64,000 nucleotides of DNA from an uncultured Candidatus Saccharibacteria bacterium (GCA_964433905.1 CAYSSM010000001.1:60246-124245), one strand, 5' to 3'. Counted from the first letter of the stretch, positions 9,535 to 19,217 are shown. The notes: a model not told the origin generated them from the sequence alone. Translations and numbers: made by a program.

Positions 9535-9977
9535 TGAATAGGCATCTTTCGAGAGTTATTATTATGCAGACTTTATACGAATGGGACTTTCGACCAGATT
9601 CTGATATTTCAGAAATAAAACAAAGAAACATAGATAACTATCAAGAAGATGCTGATAACAAATTCATTGACAATACTATCAACGGTATTATCAAAAATCA
9701 AAAGACGATCGATGACGAAATTACAAAAGCAGCCCCGGAATGGCCGTTAGAGCAAATTTCTTCAATCGATAAAACAATTTTACGGATCGCCATTTTTGAA
9801 TTATTAAAATCCGATGAAGTTCCACCCAAAGTAGCTATTAATGAAGCGGTAGAATTAGGAAAAACTTTTGGCGGTCAGAACTCTTCCAAATTTATTAATG
9901 GGGTTTTAGGAACTGTTTATCGTAGCTCATCAAAATATAATCCCAAAGACGACAAAAAGGAGAATAAGGATGAGTAA
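9534..9977 (+). CDS. nusB: transcription antitermination factor NusB
   Basis: RHLSRVIIMQTLYEWD, IDKTILRIA, VAINEAVELGKTFG, FINGVLG. Confidence 0.95.
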   Translation: MNRHLSRVIIMQTLYEWDFRPDSDISEIKQRNIDNYQEDADNKFIDNTINGIIKNQKTIDDEITKAAPEWPLEQISSIDKTILRIAIFELLKSDEVPPKVAINEAVELGKTFGGQNSSKFINGVLGTVYRSSSKYNPKDDKKENKDE

Positions 9978-10674
9978 CATTGAAGAATTTGCTAAAAAAA
10001 TAAATATTACATTTAATAATGGAGATCTCTTAAGGCAAGTTTTCGTTCACAGATCATATTTGAACGAAAATATTGGTTTTGATCTGGATCATAATGAAAG
10101 ATTGGAATTTTTGGGAGATGCAGTTTTAGAATTAATCGTTACAGAATATTTATATCAAAATTTTGACAATCCGGAGGGTGAACTAACAAATTTAAGATCA
10201 GCTCTCGTTAAGGGTTCCATGCTTTCTAATATCGCGCAAGAACTTGAAATTGACAAATTTTTATATTTATCCAAAGGTGAGGCAAAATCCGAAGGTAAAT
10301 CAAAACAATTAATCATGGCAAACGCTTTCGAGGCACTAATTGGAGCGATTTATCTTGATCAGGGTTATGAAGTCACATCGGAATTTATTAAGAAGAATAT
10401 TATTAAACATCTAAAAAAAATTATGGATCAAAAGCTGTATCTTGATCCTAAAAGTCATTTACAGGAATTAGCACAAGATCAACTTTCGGTTACGCCAAAC
10501 TATCAAGTATTGGGTGAGCATGGACCCGATCATGCCAAAAGTTTCACGGTTGGATGTTTTATTTCCAAAAAATTAATTGGAGAAGGTTCTGGCAGCTCTA
10601 AACAAACTGCCGAAAGCGCCGCTGCTTCATCGGCTTTAGAACATTGGACGGAAGCTAAGTCACAAGACTTTTAA
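9970..10674 (+). CDS. rnc: ribonuclease III
   Basis: NERLEFLGDAVL signature; C-terminal dsRBD DPKSHLQE...GPDHAKSF. Confidence 0.97.
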   Translation: MSNIEEFAKKINITFNNGDLLRQVFVHRSYLNENIGFDLDHNERLEFLGDAVLELIVTEYLYQNFDNPEGELTNLRSALVKGSMLSNIAQELEIDKFLYLSKGEAKSEGKSKQLIMANAFEALIGAIYLDQGYEVTSEFIKKNIIKHLKKIMDQKLYLDPKSHLQELAQDQLSVTPNYQVLGEHGPDHAKSFTVGCFISKKLIGEGSGSSKQTAESAAASSALEHWTEAKSQDF

Positions 10675-11378
10675 ACGACATAGGTTCTTAATTGTTTATA
10701 GATTTCATTCGCCTTATTGCGATAATGATCTTTTCGACGAAATTCCCATGGCATAATGGGATCTTTTTTTAATATGAGAGCATATTGGAAGATTAATTTT
10801 TTAGCGCTATATTTAGGATTTGTATCTTTATTAATATTTTTTAATATTCTTTCCGCGGATAAATTGAAAAGCTTGTATTCATCTTCTAGTTCGGGTAAAT
10901 TCCATGATTTTTGGATAATAGTATTATCGATACCATTAGTTCTACTTACTTCAAAAAACTTAATTTTATTTTGTAATTTAAGACGATTTTTAATTTCTTC
11001 GATCTCACTTTTAATGTCATTCGGCGATATCCATACACTTGCTTGCAAAAGCCCCATTCCCATTTTAGTTAAAGCTCGTCTTAAGCGATCTCTAACATCA
11101 CGGTTGACTTCCGGTATGTCAAAGATTACCAATCGCCATTTACCATCCCACTTGCCAGTTTCTTTTAAAGGCTTCAAGATCTTATCGAATTCTCGTTCCC
11201 CTTTTTCGGTTATTTTGTAATAGAATTCATCTTCTTTTTTTATTTTTTCAGCATAAGAGAGATTTTTAAATTTTGCTAATACACCGTTAGCTTTTTTCCC
11301 CCAACGGTTGATTCTGTAAAGTGGCACAACTTTTTCGTCTTCCAATAATATGAAAATTTCTTGCAAAGGTGTTAACAC
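10671..11378 (-). CDS. PaaX-family transcriptional regulator-like protein
   Basis: YYKITEKGERE, WDGKWRLVIFDIPE..R..RDRLRR.L...G.G.LQ.SVWISP, WNLPELEDEY, DPIMP. Confidence 0.8.
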   Translation of the reverse strand: MLTPLQEIFILLEDEKVVPLYRINRWGKKANGVLAKFKNLSYAEKIKKEDEFYYKITEKGEREFDKILKPLKETGKWDGKWRLVIFDIPEVNRDVRDRLRRALTKMGMGLLQASVWISPNDIKSEIEEIKNRLKLQNKIKFFEVSRTNGIDNTIIQKSWNLPELEDEYKLFNLSAERILKNINKDTNPKYSAKKLIFQYALILKKDPIMPWEFRRKDHYRNKANEIYKQLRTYVV

Positions 11379-11416
11379 ATTGCTCCTTACTTAGAACTAT
11401 AAAATACCACACTTAG

Positions 11417-11430
11417 TTGACGGTCGTCAA
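11417..11430. promoter_or_regulatory. palindromic operator-like site overlapping putative -35 of paaX-like gene
   Basis: TTGACG-gt-CGTCAA perfect 6-bp inverted repeat ~40 bp upstream of the start. Confidence 0.45.
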
Positions 11431-11431
11431 G

Positions 11432-12373
11432 TTATTTCCAAGTCCAATTATTAAACCCCCATTCCAATAATTTCTTACTTTCTTTGGCTGAAGCAACAAT
11501 CGTATCCTCATTGGTATTTAATATTACCGAAATGATTTTATGATTATCTTTTTCGGCCTGCGCAACTAAACCATGTCCTGCAGCAGGCGTAAAACCAGTT
11601 TTGATTCCGATAGCAAAAGGATAATAATATTGTTCTTCTAAGCGGATCAAGCGATTTGAGTTTTCCAAATTGTGAATTATCTTACCGTCAGTTGAGCTAA
11701 AGCTAATATCAGGTATTCTCACTAATTCACGAAATTGCTTAATTTTCATCGCATAGCTTGATAGAATTGCCAAATCGTAAGCGGTAGAATATCCGCTATC
11801 ATCTAATCCTGCAGGATCTTTGAATTGAGTATTTTTTAGGCCTATTAATGACGATTTTTTATTCATCATTTCTACAAACTTATCTTTTCCGCCAAAATAG
11901 GTCGCTAATGCAAAAGCGGTATCATTGCCAGACTTAATTAATAATCCTTTTAAAAGATTATCTACAGTAATTTTTTCGCCGACTCTTAAACTAATATCGG
12001 AACCTTCAATTGCTATCATCGGATAGGTAATTTCTACAATATCATTTAATTTATCGTTAAAATCCTCTAATACTAAAGTTGCTGTCATTATTTTAGTGGT
12101 TGAAGCGATCGGTACTTGTAAATTCGGTTCTTTTGAAGCTAAAACATAAGAACTGTCAACATCCATTAAAATATATGACTTGGCATATATTTGGAGATCA
12201 TTGGCATTAGAATTCTTCTGTGGGGGCTTTGTGAGGGCAAGCTTAACAGGTTGAATACTTTTTTGAGTACCTAATATCTTTTGGGAATTACTTTTATTTT
12301 CACTGCGATAGAAAATTCCCAATAAGACAATTAGTAAAACTCCACAAATTGCCCAAAGAGTTTTTGAAAGCAT
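11432..12373 (-). CDS. D-alanyl-D-alanine carboxypeptidase (peptidase S11)
   Basis: SxxK (ASTTK), SGN and KTG motifs; N-terminal membrane anchor. Confidence 0.93.
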   Translation of the reverse strand: MLSKTLWAICGVLLIVLLGIFYRSENKSNSQKILGTQKSIQPVKLALTKPPQKNSNANDLQIYAKSYILMDVDSSYVLASKEPNLQVPIASTTKIMTATLVLEDFNDKLNDIVEITYPMIAIEGSDISLRVGEKITVDNLLKGLLIKSGNDTAFALATYFGGKDKFVEMMNKKSSLIGLKNTQFKDPAGLDDSGYSTAYDLAILSSYAMKIKQFRELVRIPDISFSSTDGKIIHNLENSNRLIRLEEQYYYPFAIGIKTGFTPAAGHGLVAQAEKDNHKIISVILNTNEDTIVASAKESKKLLEWGFNNWTWK

Positions 12374-12374
12374 T

Positions 12375-13751
12375 TTATTTGCTTATTTTAATATTTAATT
12401 CTTTTAGTTGCGATTCGTCAACATTTGATGGTGCGTTCATAAGTAAATCACGACCATCCCCTGTCTTGGGGAATGCTATTACTTCGCGGATAGATGGTTC
12501 GTTTTGAATAATCATTATCAATCTATCCAAACCCCAAGCTATACCGCCATGAGGAGGCACTCCATATTTGAAAGCTTCAAGCATATGGCCAAACCTATCA
12601 TTAATAGTTTCTTTTTCGTAACCTAATATTTCAAAAACTTTCGACAACACTTCTGTTTTATGACTTCTAATACTGCCGCCACCAATTTCTTCGCCATTTA
12701 ATACTAAATCATATTGGGTTGTTCTAATGCCTTCGATCTCGCCATTTAGTATTTTTTCTTTGTCTTCTGGCATTGGGTCAGAAAATGGGTTGTGGGTAAA
12801 TGTCCATTTTTCTTCTTTGTCTTTTTCAAAAAAAGGAAAATCAATTATCCAGCAAAAGGCGAGTTCATCAGGATTGTTTTTGTTTTTTCGCAAATCAGGC
12901 CGGTCAGTTTGATATTTCGATATAGCATCTTTATAAGTTAAAACAGGAAAAGAACCAGTTTGAATATTTTTTTTAGGGCAAAATTCTTTGATTATTTCTT
13001 TAACTAATACTTCGCTTATTTCCATTACATCTTTTTGTGATACGAAACTCAATTCCATATCTAGTTGAGTATGTTCTGGTTGACGGTCGCCACGCGGATC
13101 TTCATCTCTTAAGCAACGAGCTATCTGAAAATATTTTTCTACACCAGAAACCATCAATAACTGCTTAAATTGCTGGGGAGACTGTGGCAAAGCATAAAAT
13201 TTTCCCGCATGAAGCCGGGAAGGAACTAAATAATCTCTAGCGCCTTCAGGTGTACTTTTTGTTAAAAGTGGTGTTTCAATTTCCAAAAAATCTTCGCTAA
13301 TTAACCTATCTCGGATGAATTTAATAATATCAGATCTAATCTTTAAATTATTTTTCATTCGGTCTGATCTTAAGTCTAAATAGCGGTATTTCATTCTTAA
13401 ATCTTCGGATATTTTAGAAGTATCGTTAATTTCAAAAGGCGGTGTAATACTTTCAGCTAAAATCTCCAAATTTTTTGCTTGAATTTCCACCTTTCCAGAA
13501 AGAATTTTAGGGTTTACCAACCCTTCAGGCCGTTTTTTAACGGTTCCAAATACTTTTATGACATCTTCAGCACTAAGTTTTGAGGCAGTTTCATAAGTTT
13601 TATCATCAAAAACTATTTGAGTAATACCCCATCTGTCGCGCAAATCAATAAAAATTATTTTGCCATGATCCCGACGGGCTGAAACCCACCCAAACAATGT
13701 AACTTCCTTGTCTAATTGTTGTTCAACTTCTTTTGATAAAACTCTTTCCAT
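12375..13751 (-). CDS. aspS: aspartate--tRNA ligase (short, lacking GAD insertion domain)
   Basis: RRDHGKIIFIDLRD, ALPQSPQQFKQLLM, RDEDPRGDRQPE, PPHGGIAWGLDR, VIAFPKT. Confidence 0.96.
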   Translation of the reverse strand: MERVLSKEVEQQLDKEVTLFGWVSARRDHGKIIFIDLRDRWGITQIVFDDKTYETASKLSAEDVIKVFGTVKKRPEGLVNPKILSGKVEIQAKNLEILAESITPPFEINDTSKISEDLRMKYRYLDLRSDRMKNNLKIRSDIIKFIRDRLISEDFLEIETPLLTKSTPEGARDYLVPSRLHAGKFYALPQSPQQFKQLLMVSGVEKYFQIARCLRDEDPRGDRQPEHTQLDMELSFVSQKDVMEISEVLVKEIIKEFCPKKNIQTGSFPVLTYKDAISKYQTDRPDLRKNKNNPDELAFCWIIDFPFFEKDKEEKWTFTHNPFSDPMPEDKEKILNGEIEGIRTTQYDLVLNGEEIGGGSIRSHKTEVLSKVFEILGYEKETINDRFGHMLEAFKYGVPPHGGIAWGLDRLIMIIQNEPSIREVIAFPKTGDGRDLLMNAPSNVDESQLKELNIKISK

Positions 13752-13752
13752 T

Positions 13753-15645
13753 TTAGCTCCTCAATTTTGCATTGAATTTATCTTCAATCTTTTTAATAAT
13801 ATTTTCAATGATTTTATTTGCTTTTTGATCGTCAACAGGTTTCTCTAAATCTTGTAGCCAAATATGATAAGCTAGATTTTTTTTGTTTTGACCAAACTTA
13901 TCAGAAACGAATTCATCAAATAATTCTACCAATAAAATGACATTGGAGGCTTCTAAGATCGTTTTTTCGACATCTTGTGAGTCTATGGTTGCATCAATTA
14001 TAAATGCCAAATCCCTTATTGTCGGTGCGAATCTGGAGATTGGTCGATATTTATTCTCCGATATTTCTAACGAATAATCGTGGCTATCGATATTAATATC
14101 ACCTATTTTTAATATTAAGTATTTGATAGGCCTTCGTATCTTATAAGCTTCTAAGATATTTTTATCAGCATCATTTATTTTGAAAGGAACATTTAAAATA
14201 TCACAAACTTTTTTTAACATTACATCGCTATTACCACTAGTTAATACTCCCAACTCCCACCATTCTTTATCTTTGCTAAAGACTTTTTCTATTTCAAAAA
14301 TATTTATCTCCGGTGCCCATGGGTTTTTAGCAGCCGCTTTAAGTAAAGGAATAATAAGAGAAGGTCTTAGATACTGAGTTTCTGGAGAAATTGGTTTTTC
14401 AATTTCAGGAACATCATTTTTCGAAAATCCAAACTGTTGTAAACTTTTTTCATCAGTAAACGAATACGAATATATTTCCGTAAAACCGATTTCTTTAAGT
14501 TTGTCTTTAATATATTCACGCTTAATATAGTCTTTATTGGGAGTTGTTTCGGCTGGATCAAAATTACTTTTTCCTAAATTATTATAGCCAAAGATTCTCG
14601 CCACCTCTTCAGCAATATCTTGCCAAATTTTCAAATCAAAGCGGCGATATGTGGGAATGGTGGCAATATTATCATAGCAGGCGATTCCAAACCTATATAA
14701 ATAGTTTTTTATTTCTTGTTCGGAAAAGTTTGTTCCCAACAAACGATTAATTTTAGAAGTCTCAAAAGCAATTTTTATTTCTTTTTCTTTTAAAGAAATA
14801 ATATCAATTAAATCTCCGCATGTTGCCTTACATGTCTCAATAATCAATTCTGCTGCCATATTGACGCCTTGGACAGTTCCTTCGAAATCAACGCCTCTTT
14901 CGTATCGGTAGGAAGCATCAGTCATGTGATTTAGATATTTAGATGCTAATCTAATTAATACCGGGTCAAAGATTGCGCCTTGCAATACTATTGTTTTAGT
15001 TTTTTCGTCAACTTCAGATTTAATACCTCCCATAATACCGGGTAAGTCGTATATTTTTTCACTATCCTCGATAATTATCGCGTTTTCCGGTAAAATTCTA
15101 TTTTTGCCATCAAGCGTTGTAACTTCCTCACCCTTTTTTGAAAGCCTGACATTCATTAAGCCAGCTTTTATTTTATCGTAATCAAAAGCGTGCAAAGGCT
15201 GACCCGTGGCGACCATTACATAGTTGGTAATATCAACGATATTATTTATTGGCCTGAATCCGTAAGATTTCAACCTTTCTTGCATCCATTTTGGGGATTC
15301 TTGAATTTTAATATTGTCAATAATCCTTGCTGTAAATCTCGGACAAATCTTCGGATCTGCTATTTTAATATTTATATTCTTATCTATTTTTCCATTTTTA
15401 ATCTTAACTTTTAACTTTTCACTTTTAACTTTTAACTCATAGAGTGCAGCGACTTCTCTTACCATCCCTAAAATCGAAAGACAGTCTCCCCTATTGGGAG
15501 TAATTTCAAAATCTAAAATAGTATTGTCATCTTGTTTTTTAATCGAATCAACTTCATGACCAAACAAACTTAAATCATCCGCCAGCTCTGCTGGAGATTT
15601 TTTTATGTCAACAAATTCTTTCAACCACTCGTATGATATTCTCAT
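13753..15645 (-). CDS. pheT: phenylalanine--tRNA ligase beta subunit (lacks B2 OB domain)
   Basis: MRISYEWLKEFV, ITPNRGDCLS, INNIVDITNYVM, QPLHAFD, EEVARIFGY, C-terminal B8 domain. Confidence 0.95.
   Translation of the reverse strand: MRISYEWLKEFVDIKKSPAELADDLSLFGHEVDSIKKQDDNTILDFEITPNRGDCLSILGMVREVAALYELKVKSEKLKVKIKNGKIDKNINIKIADPKICPRFTARIIDNIKIQESPKWMQERLKSYGFRPINNIVDITNYVMVATGQPLHAFDYDKIKAGLMNVRLSKKGEEVTTLDGKNRILPENAIIIEDSEKIYDLPGIMGGIKSEVDEKTKTIVLQGAIFDPVLIRLASKYLNHMTDASYRYERGVDFEGTVQGVNMAAELIIETCKATCGDLIDIISLKEKEIKIAFETSKINRLLGTNFSEQEIKNYLYRFGIACYDNIATIPTYRRFDLKIWQDIAEEVARIFGYNNLGKSNFDPAETTPNKDYIKREYIKDKLKEIGFTEIYSYSFTDEKSLQQFGFSKNDVPEIEKPISPETQYLRPSLIIPLLKAAAKNPWAPEINIFEIEKVFSKDKEWWELGVLTSGNSDVMLKKVCDILNVPFKINDADKNILEAYKIRRPIKYLILKIGDINIDSHDYSLEISENKYRPISRFAPTIRDLAFIIDATIDSQDVEKTILEASNVILLVELFDEFVSDKFGQNKKNLAYHIWLQDLEKPVDDQKANKIIENIIKKIEDKFNAKLRS
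15405..15439 (-). repeat. 7-bp tandem repeat in frame in pheT
   Basis: + strand TAACTTT TAACTTT TCACTTT TAACTTT TAACTCA, encoding ELKVKSEKLKVK. Confidence 0.7.
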
Positions 15646-15688
15646 ATTTTGTAATCAAAATTCCGCGCCAAGATTGCCCTTGGCTATT

Positions 15689-16375
15689 TTAAAACTGTTT
15701 TAAAAATCTTAAATCACCGCTGTTTGAAACTCTGATATCATCTAAGCCGAATTTATACATCATATATCTATCAACTCCAGGCCCCCACATTATCCCCTGC
15801 CATTTTTCCGGATTAATGCCGATATTTTTCAAGACTACCGGATGGGCCATACCCGCGCCAAGCATTTCTCGCCATTTACCATTAGGCATTTTTACATCAA
15901 CTTCTAAACCGGGCTCAACGAAGGGAAACAGATGCGGCCTGAATCTAATCTGAATATCATTGCCAAAAAGGGATTTCATGTATCCATCCAATATTCCTAT
16001 TAGGTAATCCATACCGATATTTTTATCAACTGCAATGCCATCAAGTTGGTAAAAATTATAATCATGAGTGGCGTCGGTTGCTTCGTGACGAAAACATCTA
16101 CCAGGAACCACAAGCCTAAAAGGCGGCTTCAAATTATTATCGCCAATTAAATGAGCTTCAGTAGTCGTTGTTTGCGTTCTAAGAAGTCTCTTATCTTTTA
16201 GCCAGAAAGTGTCCTGAACATCGCGCGATGGATGAGTGGCTGGTACATTTAAAGCATCAAAATTCCACCATTCTGAATCAATTTGATCTCCTTCAGCAAT
16301 ACTAAAACCCCGATCGGTAAAATATTTTAATGTTTGTCGCATAAATTGTGTTAAAGGATGTAAATGGCCTTTCAT
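15689..16375 (-). CDS. pheS: phenylalanine--tRNA ligase alpha subunit (catalytic domain only)
   Basis: GHLHPLT, NFDALNVPATHPSRDVQDTF, LLRTQT, FRPHLFPFVEP, DLRFLKQF. Confidence 0.95.
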   Translation of the reverse strand: MKGHLHPLTQFMRQTLKYFTDRGFSIAEGDQIDSEWWNFDALNVPATHPSRDVQDTFWLKDKRLLRTQTTTTEAHLIGDNNLKPPFRLVVPGRCFRHEATDATHDYNFYQLDGIAVDKNIGMDYLIGILDGYMKSLFGNDIQIRFRPHLFPFVEPGLEVDVKMPNGKWREMLGAGMAHPVVLKNIGINPEKWQGIMWGPGVDRYMMYKFGLDDIRVSNSGDLRFLKQF

Positions 16376-16767
16376 CTATAACCTTTTTTAGGACTATAAT
16401 TTTTTGACTTAAAAAAAAGCTCAATCATTAATATTGCAACGACCAACAATGAAGCAACCCACCAGTTTAAAACACGCATTTGCTGTAAAAATAGCAATCC
16501 AACAAAAACTAAAGAGATCAATAAAGATTGTCGTAAAGTTGGTATGAGGTGAGCAAATATTACTTCCCGATTAGTCATCCAGATTCTTAAATAAAATCCA
16601 ATCAGTCCGAAGACTGCCGTCCAAAACAAAAACAAGGTGAAATAAAAAATTAGCAACATCCAGAACGGGCTTTGATATGGATTAACATTGAATAGTATTA
16701 AAGCGACCAACCCGGCTGAAATAAATAAAATAAAATACAAGCTAAAAAGATATAATCTGAGGATCAT
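16372..16767 (-). CDS. hypothetical 4-TM membrane protein
   Basis: four hydrophobic segments; ATGA overlaps with both neighbours. Confidence 0.75.
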   Translation of the reverse strand: MILRLYLFSLYFILFISAGLVALILFNVNPYQSPFWMLLIFYFTLFLFWTAVFGLIGFYLRIWMTNREVIFAHLIPTLRQSLLISLVFVGLLFLQQMRVLNWWVASLLVVAILMIELFFKSKNYSPKKGYR

Positions 16768-17099
16768 TTTTTTGATACCTTTCGTAGAATCTTATCTATT
16801 TTTTCAATATTATCTAAGCCATGATCAATTAAAAAAATTAGCTTAGGGGTGAATTTCATCCTGAATTTTCTGCCTAAAAAATACTGAAAGCCTTTTGAAT
16901 TAGCGTTTAAGATTTTTAAAGCTTCTTTTTCTTTTGATTTATCGAGCAAAGAGATGTAAACTTTTGCTTCTTTAATATTAGCTGTCAGCTCCAATTCTGT
17001 TAAAGTCACAATCCCCATTTCTTCAGGAATGGTCTCTTGTATTAAAATAGAAATCTCTTTCTTAAAAAGAGCCGATAACTTTTCTTGCCTATGCGACAT
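16764..17099 (-). CDS. rbfA: ribosome-binding factor A
   Basis: RQEKLSALFKKEIS, VTLTELELT..IKEAKVYIS, MKFTPKLIFLID. Confidence 0.9.
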   Translation of the reverse strand: MSHRQEKLSALFKKEISILIQETIPEEMGIVTLTELELTANIKEAKVYISLLDKSKEKEALKILNANSKGFQYFLGRKFRMKFTPKLIFLIDHGLDNIEKIDKILRKVSKK

Positions 17100-17130
17100 A
17101 TTTATAATTTATCATAAATAAGGTAATAAT

Positions 17131-17164
17131 GCAAAAAAACGCTCTTAAAAGAGCGTTTTTTTGC
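17131..17164. terminator. intrinsic terminator downstream of rpsI
   Basis: GCAAAAAAACGCTCTT-aa-AAGAGCGTTTTTTTGC perfect palindrome with A/T tails. Confidence 0.8.
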
Positions 17165-17180
17165 GATACGATATGAATTT

Positions 17181-17573
17181 TTATCTTTTTGCCCACTGTG
17201 GAGCTTTTCTTGCACCTTTGAGGCCCGGTTTTTTGCGTTCTTTCATTCTTGAATCTCTGGTTAAAAAACCTTCGACTTTAAGAGTTTTATGTAGCTCCGG
17301 GTTAAGTTTATCTAAGGCCCGAGCCACAGCCAATCGAATTGCCCCTTCTCGAGAAGTAAGTCCTCCGCCGGATACTTTTACAAAAACATCCAATTTGTCA
17401 TCATTATCGGTTATTTTTAGCGGTTCGGTATAAACCCGGCTAGGATTGGCGATTTCTTTTTCATTAATAAATATTTTCCCCGATCCTTTTGTTAATTTTA
17501 TTCGAGCTACGGCAGTTTTACGTCTTCCTATCGCTGTAATATTTTCCTGTTTAGATTCTGTTTTATTTGGCAT
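17181..17573 (-). CDS. rpsI: 30S ribosomal protein S9
   Basis: GRRKTAVAR, LTRDSRMKERKKPGLKGARKAPQWAKR. Confidence 0.97.
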   Translation of the reverse strand: MPNKTESKQENITAIGRRKTAVARIKLTKGSGKIFINEKEIANPSRVYTEPLKITDNDDKLDVFVKVSGGGLTSREGAIRLAVARALDKLNPELHKTLKVEGFLTRDSRMKERKKPGLKGARKAPQWAKR

Positions 17574-17973
17574 CAATGTCTCCGTTATAAATAATAAGGT
17601 TTTTAATCCACAATTTTCTTAGTTTATTTTTGGGCAACATTCCCCAAACCGATCGCTTTAATACTTCTGCCGGATTTTTCTTAAACATATCACTTAACTT
17701 TTCTTCTTTTAAATGTCCGATATAACCGGTGTGATGATAATAGATCTTTTGCGATAGTTTATTGCCGGTAAAAACCATTTTTGAAGCGTTATAAACTTTA
17801 ACTTGATCGCCAATATTTAAATAAGGCACAAAATCGGTTTTAAATTTACCACGCAAAAAATTGGCGACTTGAGTTGATAATCGTCCTAATACCACTCCTG
17901 ATGCATCAATTTCGTGAGATATGATTGGATGGTTATTTAGATTTACCGGTTTTTTGCTTTCCGGTTTCGACAT
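17563..17973 (-). CDS. rplM: 50S ribosomal protein L13
   Basis: IDASGVVLGRLST, YYHHTGYIG, VWGMLPKNKL; start uncertain. Confidence 0.95.
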   Translation of the reverse strand: MSKPESKKPVNLNNHPIISHEIDASGVVLGRLSTQVANFLRGKFKTDFVPYLNIGDQVKVYNASKMVFTGNKLSQKIYYHHTGYIGHLKEEKLSDMFKKNPAEVLKRSVWGMLPKNKLRKLWIKNLIIYNGDIDAK

Positions 17974-18400
17974 TTTTCTTGGAGTCTTTTTTTGTAATTT
18001 TGTCTGGGGCATTATCTTTATCCTCTATATTACTTTTGTTATCAATTATTGGTGCTTTTAGGATATTTCTCAATCTTAATAAAACCATGTCCGAACCGTC
18101 TCCCAACCTCTTCGTTAACCGATATTCTTCGATAAAACCCGTATTAATGTCCTCATATCGCGGGGATAAAACCTCGAACATTTTTTTGGTCGCATTTTTA
18201 TCAAAGAAATATCCAATCATTGTTCTTCTGGCATTAAGGTCATTTTTCTTAGCCAAAAAGATTAACTTTTCGGCCATTTTTTTTGTTTCTTTAGCCTTGG
18301 CTTTAGTAGTCTTTATTTTTTCATACAAAATTAAAGAAGTTGTTAAATTTCTTATTAAAGATTTTCGGTGATTGTCTGTTCTTGATAAGGAAATTCTCAT
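17933..18400 (-). CDS. rplQ: 50S ribosomal protein L17 with C-terminal extension
   Basis: LSRTDNHRKSLIRNLTTSL, IKTTKAKAKE, RLGDGSDM. Confidence 0.95.
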   Translation of the reverse strand: MRISLSRTDNHRKSLIRNLTTSLILYEKIKTTKAKAKETKKMAEKLIFLAKKNDLNARRTMIGYFFDKNATKKMFEVLSPRYEDINTGFIEEYRLTKRLGDGSDMVLLRLRNILKAPIIDNKSNIEDKDNAPDKITKKDSKKNVETGKQKTGKSK

Positions 18401-19173
18401 TTTTTAGCTTTTTTTGCTTTGGCAATTTTGATACTTTTTTTAGGAAGTTTTTTCTCAGGTGTTTTAACTTCCTCGGCTATTTGGCAGGCTTGACCGACGA
18501 GACTAAAATGTTCGACTAAAATTTGTGCTGCTGTTCCTAATGCTTTTTCCGGATCCAACGAACCATCAGTGGTAATTTCCATCGTCAGTTTGTCGAAATT
18601 GGTTTGACCGCCAACACGGGTGTTTTCAACTTCATAATGGACTTTTTTCACCGGTGTATAAATTGAATCTATAGCGATAGTGCCAATAGGCAATTTTTCG
18701 TCTTTTCTTTGCTCTAAAGGAATATAACCGCGACCCTTGTCGACAATAATTTCCATGGTAAGTTTTGCCCCTTTGCCTAAAGTTGCAATGTGAGCATCAG
18801 TGTTAACAACTTCACAAGCGGCATTTTTATCAAAATCTGCCGCAGTAACATTTTTAGGGCCTTTAATATCTAATTTTAATTTTGCCGGCTCTTCGGAATT
18901 GAAACGGAATCTTAATGATTTTAAATTTAAGATAATTTCAATATAATCTTCTTTGACTCCTGGTATGGCCATAAATTGATGGGTAATCCCCTCAATTTTA
19001 ACTGAATTAATCGCTGAGCCCTCAAGCGATGACAAAAGCACCCTTCTTAATGAGTTTCCAATAGTTACACCGTAACCGGGCGATAATGGCTCAATTTGAA
19101 ATGTGCCACGGTTATCGACCTTTTCTAAAGTTTTAATTTGTAATAAGCTTGTCTCTTGAAGTGTATAATCCAT
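18397..19173 (-). CDS. rpoA: RNA polymerase alpha subunit (N-terminal domain plus Lys-rich tail, no alpha-CTD)
   Basis: IEPLSPGYGVTIGNSLRRVLLSSLEG, GRGY, IDSIYTPVKKV, RVGGQTNFDKL; only 258 aa. Confidence 0.95.
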   Translation of the reverse strand: MDYTLQETSLLQIKTLEKVDNRGTFQIEPLSPGYGVTIGNSLRRVLLSSLEGSAINSVKIEGITHQFMAIPGVKEDYIEIILNLKSLRFRFNSEEPAKLKLDIKGPKNVTAADFDKNAACEVVNTDAHIATLGKGAKLTMEIIVDKGRGYIPLEQRKDEKLPIGTIAIDSIYTPVKKVHYEVENTRVGGQTNFDKLTMEITTDGSLDPEKALGTAAQILVEHFSLVGQACQIAEEVKTPEKKLPKKSIKIAKAKKAKK

Positions 19174-19217
19174 ACTGCCTCCGCGATGAGATGTAACTCA
19201 TCGTAATTAATATTTTA

